Of a DNA stretch of 64,000 nt, positions 54,973-64,000 are shown one piece after another (positions within the stretch are counted from its first letter, which is position 1; the number at the start of each line of letters is the position of its first letter). Made by a program: the position numbers and the translations under genes. Below the pieces are notes generated by a model. The model had not been told where the DNA came from and did no database searches. It saw only the letters and a program-made list of their open reading frames with translations. The DNA lies in contig JAZKFH010000005.1 in the NCBI GenBank assembly GCA_040386535.1, forward strand, positions 190,298 to 254,297. The letters run 5' to 3'. Source of the DNA: Myxococcota bacterium. Its GTDB lineage: Bacteria > Myxococcota_A > UBA796 > SXON01.

Positions 54973-57900
54973 ATGCGTAGGATGTCGACGAGGTGCCAAC
55001 CGACCCCGCGGTGGGGATGGCTTGTCCTGCTCGGGGGCCTGACCGCCTGCGGGTACGACATGCCGTGGGGAGCCCCCCAAGCGACCGGGAGTCCGGCCGG
55101 ATCCGGTCGGACCGGTGACACGAGGACGGGCGACGAGCGGGAGCCCATGGATCCGAACGCGGAGCCGTCGAAGGCCACGGGCGTCTTCGAAGAGCGGTTC
55201 GTGAAGCACGGCTATGGCGCCGCGTGGACGATCCGCACGGTGGACCTCGACGCAAACGGCACCAAGGAGCTCCTGTACGGAGGCAAGGGCGTCGTCGCGG
55301 TCGGGGAGGACGACGAGCCGCTCTGGACGTTCGAGCTCCCGGCCGTCGAGGGAGAGCAGGCGTACGACCACGGAGGGATCGACCAGGACAAGCTCGACGA
55401 TCGGAAGCGGGACGAGGGAAGGCTGGGCGACGATCCCCGCATGGCCGACTCCTCTTCCGATCAGGAGAAATCGGACCAGGAGAAGTACGACGCGGAGAAG
55501 AAGGAGCAGAAATACGCGGAGAAGCTCCGGTTCATGGGCGTGCATGTCCGCGAGCTGCGCACCTCCGAGGGCACGTTGTTGGTGCTCGACAGCGCCAACC
55601 GCGTTCACCGGCTCGACGCCAAGACGGGAGAGCTGCTCTACACGGTCGAGCTCGAAGGCAACAACAACGCCTGCGACTTCGCGCTCCTCGACGCCGATGG
55701 GGACGACGTCCCCGACTTCTTCCCGAGCGGCGGCACGTCCGCCTACTCCGGTGCGACCGGCGAGAAGCTCTGGGACGCGGACATCGACTTCACGCCGTCG
55801 ATCGTCAAGTCTGGCAACCTGGACACGAAGCGGGGGCGTGAGCTCCTGCTGATCGGAAACCCCGAATCGTCAGGGGAGAAGCAGGACTACAACATCTGCC
55901 CCGCCGAGAAGAACGCGCTCGAGGCGATGCACGAGGGCACCAAGGAGGGTGCCGAACAGGAGGGTGGCGAACGGGTCGGGAAGCGGCAGCCGGGCATGGA
56001 CAGCGCCCCGCGGCCGAGCGACACGGAGTCGTCTCCCTACCAGCGCCCCGCGCAAGGGAGCGGTCGCGACGAGGGCCGGGATGAGGGCCGGGATGAGGGC
56101 CGGGACGAGATGCAGAACGGGATCGTGGCCGTCGATGCCACGGGCAAGACCCTCTTCACGGGCAACGTGCCGCAGGGCGAGATCTACACCGCCTTCATCC
56201 ACGATCTCGACGGCGACCGGCGTGGCGAGGCGATCATCGGCCTGCGCGACAACGTGTTGATGCTCGACTCGCAGGGGCAGGTGGTCCAGGAGTTCGCGGT
56301 CGACGGCAAGGTGGAGGGGATCCTCGCCCAGGATCTCGACAACGACGACCAGGACGACCTGATCGTGCACGCGTACGACCAGGACCAGTCCACGGTCTAC
56401 GGGTTTGGCCAGGACGGCGAGGAGCTGTGGAACGCCCCGCTGGGGGCGCGGGCGTACACGATCGAGGCCATCGACCTCGACGACGACGGCACCAACGAGC
56501 TGATCACGGCCCTCGGCTACGGCACGGAACAGGATCGCGCGAAGATGGGGAACGCGCCGACGGTGGCGTGGACCCTCGGCCCGAACGGCCCCGAGGAGCT
56601 CTGGCGCGTCGAGACGCTGGTGCCCGCGCGGGCGTTCGTCGCCATCGAGGGGGAGCAGGAGGGCGAGGGCCGGATGGGGGAGAACGAGCTGCTCATCGCC
56701 AGCGGCGACGCCCAGATCCACCTCGTGTCGCCCGCGACCGGCGAGACCCTCGAGACCATGTCCGCCGGCAGCATGAACCACGCCATGGGCGCGGGAGACC
56801 TGGACGGGGACGGGATCGCGGAGGTCATCAACGGCGACGTGTTCGGGAACGTCACGGCGATCGGCCAGGACGGCGATCGTCTGTTCGAGACGCGGCTCGA
56901 GAGCGACGGCCCGGCCGTCATCACGGGCATCGAGGTGGCGAAGAACGAGGACGGCAAGGCCGGGATGTTCGTGGTGAGCGGCTTCTCGTGGCGCGGCGAG
57001 GACGCTGGGGTGCTCCAGGCCTTCGACGACCAGGGGAACACCCTGTTCTCGGTGACCACGCCCAACGGCCTGGCCGAGGCGAAGTTCGCGGACCTGGATG
57101 GGGACGGGCAGCAGGAGATCGTCGTCCCCTACTTCGGGTTCCGTGTGGGTCAGGAGCAGGAGACGCTGCGCGATCAGCAGGGTCAGGGCCGGGGTCAGGG
57201 CCAGGGTCAGGGTCAGCAGGGCCGGCAAGGCTCGCAGGACGACCAGCGCGAGGAGCCGCGCCAGCAGCCGATGGGCGATCAGGCCTGCGGGGTGCTCGCG
57301 TACGACCTCGACGGCAACCTGCTCTGGCAGAAGGACATGGCCGACTGTGACATCAGCCAGATCGCGGTGGGTGACAGCGACGGCGACGGCATCGACGAGA
57401 TCGCGTACGGCGACCTCGGGCGCAACGCGCCGTACCACCTGGCGCTCCTCGACGGCGAGGGAGAGGTCCGGTGGGACATCACGTCGGAGGGTGACGACGC
57501 CGTCTGGATCGAGATCATCGACGGGGGTGTGGCCTTCGGCGGGCGCAGCGACCAGGAGGATGGGCACGTGACCGTCCTCGATGCGCAGGACGGCCAGGAG
57601 CGCTGGCGGATGGACGCCGGCAGTGCGGGCGACGAGGTCCCGGAGATGGAGGACTCGCCGTTCGGGGCCTTCGCCGGATCGCTGTTCGGGTACGAGATCG
57701 ACGACGTGAACGGCGATCGGATGGCCGATCTGGCGTACACCACCGCGAACGGCGACGTGCGCGTGGTCGATGGCATGAACGGCGAGCCGATCTGGGAGGG
57801 CTCGCTCAAGGACGCCGCCCAACAGTCGCGCGACGATCGGGGAGACATGGACCAGGACCGGGACGTGGCGGACCTGGTGGGCGGCCCGTTGACCTACGTG

Positions 57901-58179
57901 CCCGGCACGGAGGGGGCCCCCGGGTTGCTGGTGGTGACGGGCTACGACTTCCAGAACCTCGGTTCGGAGGCCTTCGCCTTCTCGGTCGACACCGGTGACG
58001 TGCTGGGTTCCCTGCCGGTCGACGGCTTCGTGGTGGGCGTCGAGCCGACCACGTGGGGACGCGGGGAGAACGGGATCTCCATCACGACGATGTACGACAC
58101 CTACGGGCTGGATGTCGGGGAGTCCCGGCAGGACAACCGCCCGCAGGCCCGCGAGGACGATGGCCTGAACCGCGACTGA
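54973..58179 (+). CDS. Large FG-GAP/PQQ-like beta-propeller lipoprotein
   Basis: Lipobox LTAC; many DLDGDG..E and A....G..LW repeats; RBS GGAGG. Confidence 0.8.
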   Translation: MRRMSTRCQPTPRWGWLVLLGGLTACGYDMPWGAPQATGSPAGSGRTGDTRTGDEREPMDPNAEPSKATGVFEERFVKHGYGAAWTIRTVDLDANGTKELLYGGKGVVAVGEDDEPLWTFELPAVEGEQAYDHGGIDQDKLDDRKRDEGRLGDDPRMADSSSDQEKSDQEKYDAEKKEQKYAEKLRFMGVHVRELRTSEGTLLVLDSANRVHRLDAKTGELLYTVELEGNNNACDFALLDADGDDVPDFFPSGGTSAYSGATGEKLWDADIDFTPSIVKSGNLDTKRGRELLLIGNPESSGEKQDYNICPAEKNALEAMHEGTKEGAEQEGGERVGKRQPGMDSAPRPSDTESSPYQRPAQGSGRDEGRDEGRDEGRDEMQNGIVAVDATGKTLFTGNVPQGEIYTAFIHDLDGDRRGEAIIGLRDNVLMLDSQGQVVQEFAVDGKVEGILAQDLDNDDQDDLIVHAYDQDQSTVYGFGQDGEELWNAPLGARAYTIEAIDLDDDGTNELITALGYGTEQDRAKMGNAPTVAWTLGPNGPEELWRVETLVPARAFVAIEGEQEGEGRMGENELLIASGDAQIHLVSPATGETLETMSAGSMNHAMGAGDLDGDGIAEVINGDVFGNVTAIGQDGDRLFETRLESDGPAVITGIEVAKNEDGKAGMFVVSGFSWRGEDAGVLQAFDDQGNTLFSVTTPNGLAEAKFADLDGDGQQEIVVPYFGFRVGQEQETLRDQQGQGRGQGQGQGQQGRQGSQDDQREEPRQQPMGDQACGVLAYDLDGNLLWQKDMADCDISQIAVGDSDGDGIDEIAYGDLGRNAPYHLALLDGEGEVRWDITSEGDDAVWIEIIDGGVAFGGRSDQEDGHVTVLDAQDGQERWRMDAGSAGDEVPEMEDSPFGAFAGSLFGYEIDDVNGDRMADLAYTTANGDVRVVDGMNGEPIWEGSLKDAAQQSRDDRGDMDQDRDVADLVGGPLTYVPGTEGAPGLLVVTGYDFQNLGSEAFAFSVDTGDVLGSLPVDGFVVGVEPTTWGRGENGISITTMYDTYGLDVGESRQDNRPQAREDDGLNRD

Positions 58180-58206
58180 AGCGCCTTCTGGGCGCCACGA
58201 GAGACC

Positions 58207-58254
58207 AGGGCCCCGCCCGTCGGCATGCCGGCGGCGCGGGGCCCTCTGCTTTCC
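58207..58254 (+). terminator. Probable intrinsic terminator
   Basis: Stem agggccccgc...gcggggccct followed by ctgcttt, downstream of the propeller gene. Confidence 0.45.
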
Positions 58255-58349
58255 GGGGCGTGCGTTCCGGGGCGTGCGTTCCGGAACGTGCTAGGAGAAC
58301 CCGTTCCCGAGGACCTCCTGGCCGCCCCTTCGCACCCCCGTTGTCCGCG

Positions 58350-59069
58350 ATGACGGCGGCCGCGCTCGCCGCGCTCTGGGCCTCGCTGGCACCCTCCGTC
58401 GCGACCCAAGCCACCTTTGCCCCCCCTCCCCTGGACGCGAAGGTCTGGGAGGAGGTCGCGTCGGGCAAGGTGGCCCGCCGCACGTTCCCCGGCGAGCCCG
58501 CGACCGTGCTCGGCGTGGGCGTGCTCGACATGACACGGGAGGAGGCCTGGCTCTCGATCACCGACGATCGGCTCTCGGCCGAGATCGAGAGCCTCACCGA
58601 GGTCGCGTTGCAGGGCGCCTGGGCGGCTCCCAAGCGCCTCTACCAACGCCTGGATCTCCCCTGGCCTCTCAATGACCGCCATTGGGTCATCGCGCTGACA
58701 AACAATGCGCGGCTCGCGGCAGCCTCGGGGGTGTGGGAGCGGGCATGGACACTCCGGACCGACCTGCTCGCCGACGCGCGGGCCCGCACCGAAGCCGACC
58801 GCTTCGACGCCGCGGAGACCGTGACCGTCAACGAGGGCGGCTGGCTGCTCGTTCCGCTCGAGGACGGAGACACGCTCGCCGTGTACCAGGCGCGCGCGAC
58901 GCTCGGGGGTGCGATCCCCGACGGGGCGGTCGACAGCTACACCCGGTCGTCCATGACCGGGCTGTACGCGGGCGTCGAGCGCAACGCGGCCAAGGTACGC
59001 GTACGCTATTCGGAGGGGTGTACGCCCCAACCGGGCGCGGATGGCGCGCCGATTCCGTGCTTTCGCTGA
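58350..59069 (+). CDS. START/SRPBCC-like domain secreted protein
   Basis: YQRLDLPWPLNDRHWV, NEGGWLLVPL and LGGAIP resemble START-domain motifs. Confidence 0.65.
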   Translation: MTAAALAALWASLAPSVATQATFAPPPLDAKVWEEVASGKVARRTFPGEPATVLGVGVLDMTREEAWLSITDDRLSAEIESLTEVALQGAWAAPKRLYQRLDLPWPLNDRHWVIALTNNARLAAASGVWERAWTLRTDLLADARARTEADRFDAAETVTVNEGGWLLVPLEDGDTLAVYQARATLGGAIPDGAVDSYTRSSMTGLYAGVERNAAKVRVRYSEGCTPQPGADGAPIPCFR

Positions 59070-59072
59070 CGA

Positions 59073-59315
59073 TCAACCGACGGGGACGCCCCGCGCCCGC
59101 AAGCGCTTGAGCGCGGCCGAGAACGCGCCACGCGCTTGTTGGTAGGTGCGACGCTGACACACGACGGGCTCGGGCACATCCGTTGGGTCCCAATAGGACG
59201 CGGCATCGGGCGGAGCGGTCGACCAACGCGAGGACCCGTCACAGAAAATGTGGATCCAGCCGGTTGGGTGCTGTAGCAGCAGCGCGACAGCCTGCGCCTC
59301 GGCGAGTGGGTGCAT
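59073..59315 (-). CDS. Hypothetical protein
   Basis: Short ORF with RBS GGAGAG before the ATG at 59315. Confidence 0.45.
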   Translation of the reverse strand: MHPLAEAQAVALLLQHPTGWIHIFCDGSSRWSTAPPDAASYWDPTDVPEPVVCQRRTYQQARGAFSAALKRLRARGVPVG

Positions 59316-59361
59316 GAGCTCTCCGCGCCCACCATTACACGAATACGCGCACAATCAAGAC

Positions 59362-59682
59362 CTATGTCGCGCGGAACACGTCGACGAGCACGTCGCGGGG
59401 CCCCTTGGTGTTGAGCACCACCGACATCCCCGCCCGCCGGTGTCGCGCCCGCCCGCTCGCCGCGAGCGTCATCAGTACCCGTTGCACACGCTCCACCGCA
59501 TGTCGCGCCGCGACCGTGGGATCTGCTCCGCCGGGGGCGAGCGCGGCGCGGGCCGCGGGGCTCAACCTGTCCCACACCTGCAGCGCGGTGTAGCCACCGC
59601 CCATCGCGAGGCGCACGCGCTCGCGCAGGCCGGGCGGCCGCAGCGCAGCCAGCACGGCCGCCTCCACATCGGGGTCGGTCAC
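59362..59682 (-). CDS. Hypothetical protein
   Basis: 106-aa ORF, co-directional with its neighbours. Confidence 0.5.
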   Translation of the reverse strand: MTDPDVEAAVLAALRPPGLRERVRLAMGGGYTALQVWDRLSPAARAALAPGGADPTVAARHAVERVQRVLMTLAASGRARHRRAGMSVVLNTKGPRDVLVDVFRAT

Positions 59683-59749
59683 GAGTGGGTCGCACCCGCG
59701 CGGCCGTGGCGCGCGCCCCCGTCCGACCGCCCTCGCCGTGCGATCGGGC

Positions 59750-60064
59750 TCAATACCGCGGCACCGTGGGATCGATCCGGAGGCTCCACGCCTCGATCCC
59801 TCCGCGCATGCTCATGGTCTCGAACCCCTCGCGCTCGAGCAGCACCGCCGCGTTGATCGAGCGGACCCCGGCATGGCAGTAGACCAGCACCGGCCGGCCC
59901 CGCTCGAGCTCATGGGCACGCTCCACCACCTCGTCGAGGGGCAGCAGCACGTCCCCCGGCAGGTGGCAGAGCTCGTGCTCCCATCCTTGCCGGCAGTCCA
60001 CCAGCAGCGGCGGTGTCTCGCTCTCCAACAGCGCCTTCGCCTCTTCCACACTCACCTGACGCAT
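59750..60064 (-). CDS. Rhodanese-like sulfurtransferase
   Basis: LVDCR..WE, VYCHAGVRS, GGIEAWS..IDPTVPRY; TAATG coupling to the upstream gene. Confidence 0.9.
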   Translation of the reverse strand: MRQVSVEEAKALLESETPPLLVDCRQGWEHELCHLPGDVLLPLDEVVERAHELERGRPVLVYCHAGVRSINAAVLLEREGFETMSMRGGIEAWSLRIDPTVPRY

Positions 60065-61110
60065 TATCGAGACCCCGTCACAGTCCAGCTCTGGTTGGCA
60101 CAATCGAAGCAGCCGCTCCCCACGAAGTCGGCCGAGAAGGTCCCCGCGAACGTCGTCATCGACGTGAACGTGCCCGAGAACGTGTAGACCTCGGTGCAGC
60201 TCCCGCGCACCACCTGTTCGGCTTCGAAACTGGTGCTCGACGTGAACGTGCCATTCATTTCTCCGGGCTGGGCGCCGCTGCCGAGCACGTTGACCACGAT
60301 GTCCGGTGACGAATCGGTGATGAGCACGCGGTCGAAGTTGATGGTGACCACCCCGAAGGTGCACGAATAGGCGATCGTGTCGTCCAGGTTCCAGGTGTCG
60401 GTGTAGTCGGACACGCAGCCCTCGTCCACATCGCCGTCACAGTCGTCGTCCACCGCGTTGTCACACACTTCGGTGCCGCCGGGGAACGCGCTCACGTCGG
60501 TGTCGTCACAGTCGTCACACTGCGTCCAACCGTCGGCGTCGAGGTCCGAACCATCCAACGTGGCAACGTCACAATCGTCGTCCACGCCGTTACAGGCCGT
60601 CTCGGTGACACCCGGGCCCACCGCGGGATCCCCCTCGTTGCAGTCGTCGCAAGCGGTGGCGCCGTCCTCGTCCGCGTCCACCCCGTCGAGCGTGGCCGGG
60701 TCACAGTCGTCGTCGATGGTGTTGCAGGCGACCTCGAGCTTGCCCGGGTTCACATCGGGCTCGCCGTCCGCGCAGTCTTCGCACGCCGAGAAGCCATCCT
60801 CGTCCACGTCGTCGCCGTCGGGCGTCGCGTCGTCGCAATCGTCGTCCAGCCCGTTGCAGCCCACCTCGGCGACGCCGGGGCGGATGGCAGGGTCCGCGTC
60901 GTCGCAGTCCAGGTCGACCGCGGCGTAGGTGGCGGCGCAGTCTGGGTTGGTGCCGTCGAACGCGCCGTCCTGGTCGACGTCGAAGGGGGCGTCGACCGTG
61001 TCCTCCTGCTGCTGGAGGACACCGTCGCACTGGGCCTGTTTGGTGATGCCGATGTCGCTCGCGCATGCCACGAGCAGGAGCGGAAGGAGCTTGGGGGAGG
61101 AGCGGAACAT
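60064..61110 (-). CDS. Lipoprotein with MopE-like putative metal-binding repeats
   Basis: Lipobox LVAC; four repeats of DC.D.DP...PG..E..CN..DDDCD. Confidence 0.82.
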   Translation of the reverse strand: MFRSSPKLLPLLLVACASDIGITKQAQCDGVLQQQEDTVDAPFDVDQDGAFDGTNPDCAATYAAVDLDCDDADPAIRPGVAEVGCNGLDDDCDDATPDGDDVDEDGFSACEDCADGEPDVNPGKLEVACNTIDDDCDPATLDGVDADEDGATACDDCNEGDPAVGPGVTETACNGVDDDCDVATLDGSDLDADGWTQCDDCDDTDVSAFPGGTEVCDNAVDDDCDGDVDEGCVSDYTDTWNLDDTIAYSCTFGVVTINFDRVLITDSSPDIVVNVLGSGAQPGEMNGTFTSSTSFEAEQVVRGSCTEVYTFSGTFTSMTTFAGTFSADFVGSGCFDCANQSWTVTGSR

Positions 61111-61337
61111 GTGGCCACCTCGACGTCGGCCGCATGGTAGCACCGCGCGGTCCAGGGCCTCCGCCGTGGGCGCGCCGACCTCCCAGAGTGGGGCATGGAT
61201 GCCCCACCGGGGCACGCTTGCCTCAGCGCAAAAAGGTCGTCCAGGGGCTTGATTCCCAGCTCCCCTCGACACATCTCATGCTACGCTGCGCGGCGCGGTG
61301 GGAGCTCCCCTTTCCGTCGCTCGCTCCGGAGGCTTGG

Positions 61338-62768
61338 ATGCGTCGCTCGATCCTGTTCGTCCCCCTGTTTGTCCTGGCTTGCACGCCCGACTACGACATC
61401 GGCGCTGTCAAGCCCGACGAAGATGGCGGCCCCCAGATCGAAGTGGATCCCACAGATCTCTTCTTTGGCACCGGCGCGGCGGGTGACGAGATCGCGCAGA
61501 CCTTCACCATCACGAGCATCGGCTCCACCACCGCCTCCATCACCGAGGTCGTGATCGACGGCGCCGAGTTCGCGGTGACCAGCTTCTCCGCCGGCCGCCT
61601 CGAGGTCGACGAGTCGATGGACGTGGTCGTCACCTACACCGCCACGGGTGAGGAGGACTTCGGCACCGCCCAGGTCTTCAGCGACGACCTGGACTCCCCG
61701 CACACCGTCACCCTCAACGGCGGCGGGCTCGTGCCCGAGCTCGTGATCGACCCCGACGCGTACGACTACGGCTACGTCGCCGTGGGCGAGAGCGCCTCGA
61801 CCGAGTTCGCGCTCCGCAACGTCGGCGGCACCACGCTCGAGATCACGGCGCTGAGCCTCACCGAGTCCGTGTTCACCTACACGATCTCCGACGAGCTCCC
61901 CTTCCAGATCGAGCCGGGCGACGACAAGACCGTCACCGTCACCTTCGAGCCCGACGCGAGCGAGGTCTGGTCCGGCCAGCTCCAGGTCGGCAGCAACGAC
62001 CCCGCCGGCATGAAGTTCGCCACGCTCGACGCGTCGGGCGCGGGTGACCAGCCGATCGCCGTCTGCTACGCGAATCCCGACACCATCGAGGCGATCCACG
62101 AGGACGCGACCTGGTACGGGAACGACTCCTACGATCCCGCTGGCTACCGGATCACCGACTACACCTGGACCCTGACCTCGACCCCGAGCGGCTCGTCCGC
62201 CCGGATGCCGGGAGACGCAGGCGACGCCAACCGCCCCCGCTTCGTCCCCGATCTCGCCGGCACCTACGAGGCCGAGCTGGTCGTGACGAACGAGCTCGGG
62301 GATCGCTCGGAGCCCTGCACCGCGACGCTCGAGGCCATCCCCGGCGGTGACCTGTGGATCGAGATCTTCTGGACCCACAGCGGCGACGACATGGATCTCC
62401 ACCTGCTCAAGCCGGGCGGCTCGCTGGTGGGCAATGGGGACTGCTACTACGGCAACTGCGCCGGCAGCTTCTCCAGCCTGGACTGGGGCGTGCGCGGAGA
62501 TCCGGATGACGACCCGGTCCTCGACATCGACGACATCCCCGGCACCGGCCCCGAGAACATCAACATCGACGACCCGCAGGACGGCACCTTCACGGTGTAC
62601 GTGCACGACTACCCGGGCTCCGTGTACAACGGCAACAACGACGTCACGATGAACATCTACATCGGCGGCCTGTTGGAGTGGACCGACACCCGGAACGTGA
62701 ATGACGAGGATCTGTACGCGCCCTTCGCCGAGATCGAGTGGCCGGACGGGATCGTCACGGATCTCTGA
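61338..62768 (+). CDS. Lipoprotein with choice-of-anchor D/ASH Ig-like domains, a PKD-like domain and a YfaP-like C-terminus
   Basis: Lipobox VLAC; DYGYVAVG...LRNVGG, SYDP..ITDYTW, DDMDLHL and GTGPENINI. Confidence 0.78.
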   Translation: MRRSILFVPLFVLACTPDYDIGAVKPDEDGGPQIEVDPTDLFFGTGAAGDEIAQTFTITSIGSTTASITEVVIDGAEFAVTSFSAGRLEVDESMDVVVTYTATGEEDFGTAQVFSDDLDSPHTVTLNGGGLVPELVIDPDAYDYGYVAVGESASTEFALRNVGGTTLEITALSLTESVFTYTISDELPFQIEPGDDKTVTVTFEPDASEVWSGQLQVGSNDPAGMKFATLDASGAGDQPIAVCYANPDTIEAIHEDATWYGNDSYDPAGYRITDYTWTLTSTPSGSSARMPGDAGDANRPRFVPDLAGTYEAELVVTNELGDRSEPCTATLEAIPGGDLWIEIFWTHSGDDMDLHLLKPGGSLVGNGDCYYGNCAGSFSSLDWGVRGDPDDDPVLDIDDIPGTGPENINIDDPQDGTFTVYVHDYPGSVYNGNNDVTMNIYIGGLLEWTDTRNVNDEDLYAPFAEIEWPDGIVTDL

Positions 62769-62842
62769 GCGCGCCGCTGGCGCTCCCGCCAGCGCGCCGA
62801 TCCGTCGGGATTAAACCGGCGTGAAGGAAGGTACCCCAGCCC

Positions 62843-64000
62843 ATGAACAGCCCCGTCCGTCTGGCGATCGGGCTGTTCCTGCTTTTGGCGGTGTCGTGGG
62901 GCGTGCTCCAGTTCGGGGCTGACCTGTACCCCGCGGCCGCCATCGCGCAGATGGCGGCCCCGGACACCGGCGCCCTGCACCTCTCCGCCCTCGCCCTCTT
63001 GCTCGTGCAGATGGCGGTGATCCTCGCCGTGTCCCGGCTGACCGGGATCGGCTTCCGCCGCATCGGCCAGCCGCTCGTGGTGGCCGAGATCGTGGCGGGG
63101 ATCCTCCTCGGCCCGTCGGGGCTCGGCGCCATCGCGCCGGACGTGCTCCTGGCCGTGTTCCCGCCCGAGGGCATGGACGCCCTCTCGGCGGTCAGCCAGC
63201 TCGGGCTCGTGCTCTTCATGTTCGTGGTGGGGCTCGAGTTCGACTTCGGGCTCGTGAAGAGCCGCGGCCCGCTGGCGCTGGTCATCAGCCAGTACGGCAT
63301 GATCGTGCCGTTCCTGCTCGGGGGCCTGCTCGCGATCGGCCTGTACCCGGTGTTCGCGGACCCCGGCGTCCCGTTCGTCGCCTTCGGGATGTTCCTGGGC
63401 GCCTCGATGAGCGTCACCGCCTTCCCGGTCCTGGCCCGCATCCTCTCGGAGCGGGGGCTGATGCGCACGCCGATCGGCGCGCTCACGCTGACGTGCGCGG
63501 CGGTGGGCGACGTCACCGCGTGGTGCCTGCTCGCGGTCACCATCGCGATCGTGCGCGCGGGCAGCCTGGGGATGGGGCTCGTGACCACCACGCTCGCCCT
63601 CGGCTTCGTCGCCCTGATGGTCGGTGCGCTCCGGCCGCTCCTGGCGCGCGTGGCGTCGCGCTACGGCACCCTCGAGGACATGGGGCAGACCGCCGTGGCC
63701 GCCATCCTCCTGGCGCTCCTCGTGTGCGCGACGGTGGCCGAGGCCATCGGGATCCATGCGCTGTTCGGAGCCTTCCTGTTCGGCGTGGTCGTGCCGCGGC
63801 AGGGGCAGGTGGTGCGGGGGCTGGTGGAGCGCATCGAGGACGTGGTGGTGGTCCTCTTCCTGCCGCTGTTCTTCGCGTTCACCGGGCTGCGCACCGAGAT
63901 CGGCCTCCTGTCCGGCGCGAACCTCTGGGGGTGGTGCGCGCTGGTGGTCGTGGTGGCGACGGTGGGGAAGCTCGCGGGCACCGCCATCCCCGCGCGGCTG
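62843..64000 (+). CDS. Cation:proton antiporter (CPA2/Kef-type), runs off window end
   Basis: GQPLVVAEIVAGILLGPS, LFMFVVGLE, SVTAFPVLARIL, GIHALFGAF and PLFFAFTGL; no stop inside the window. Confidence 0.9.
   Translation, partial: MNSPVRLAIGLFLLLAVSWGVLQFGADLYPAAAIAQMAAPDTGALHLSALALLLVQMAVILAVSRLTGIGFRRIGQPLVVAEIVAGILLGPSGLGAIAPDVLLAVFPPEGMDALSAVSQLGLVLFMFVVGLEFDFGLVKSRGPLALVISQYGMIVPFLLGGLLAIGLYPVFADPGVPFVAFGMFLGASMSVTAFPVLARILSERGLMRTPIGALTLTCAAVGDVTAWCLLAVTIAIVRAGSLGMGLVTTTLALGFVALMVGALRPLLARVASRYGTLEDMGQTAVAAILLALLVCATVAEAIGIHALFGAFLFGVVVPRQGQVVRGLVERIEDVVVVLFLPLFFAFTGLRTEIGLLSGANLWGWCALVVVVATVGKLAGTAIPARL

Noticed and set aside
58251..58284. Tandem TTCCGGGGCGTGCG repeat
   Set aside because: About two copies, not seen elsewhere in the window; no evidence for a REP family or function.

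Overview
High-GC bacterial chromosome segment. The gene repertoire (CotH kinases, MopE, TSP3 and FG-GAP lipoproteins, sigma-54 regulation) looks Myxococcota-like, which is an inference. The backbone (1-24.7 kb and 48.3-64 kb) carries a KaiC-like ATPase with a hybrid histidine kinase, two CotH kinases, a PilZ-less cellulose-synthase-like operon with an internal STAS/anti-sigma pair facing a GH6 glucanase, glgP, stress proteins (CsbD, two Em/GsiB-like), many Cys- or Asp-rich lipoproteins, tmRNA (ssrA), a type-2 ValRS and a cation/proton antiporter. A genomic island of about 23.5 kb sits in the 3' end of ssrA. It is bounded by a 101-bp direct repeat (24691-24791 and 48221-48321) and has no recognisable integrase. 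The island carries (i) a replication-initiator-like HTH gene, (ii) a three-gene module of a HEXXH protein, a small protein and an FAD oxidoreductase, (iii) an AlbA_2/Schlafen pseudogene and (iv) the main candidate for a new system. That candidate is a tightly coupled 13-gene operon (31901-45603) behind a sigma-54-type promoter. It encodes a CMPK2-like nucleotide kinase fused to an Fe/2OG dioxygenase (no viperin present), a second dioxygenase, an M20 hydrolase, an NAT-glycosyltransferase fusion, a beta-propeller, its own sigma-54 activator, UDP-HexNAc dehydrogenase and epimerase, a CbiF-like methylase, a SLOG protein, a methyltransferase and a deacetylase. This is plausibly a pathway for a modified nucleotide or nucleoside, antiviral or antibiotic. 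All family calls come from motif recognition by eye; no database searches were run.
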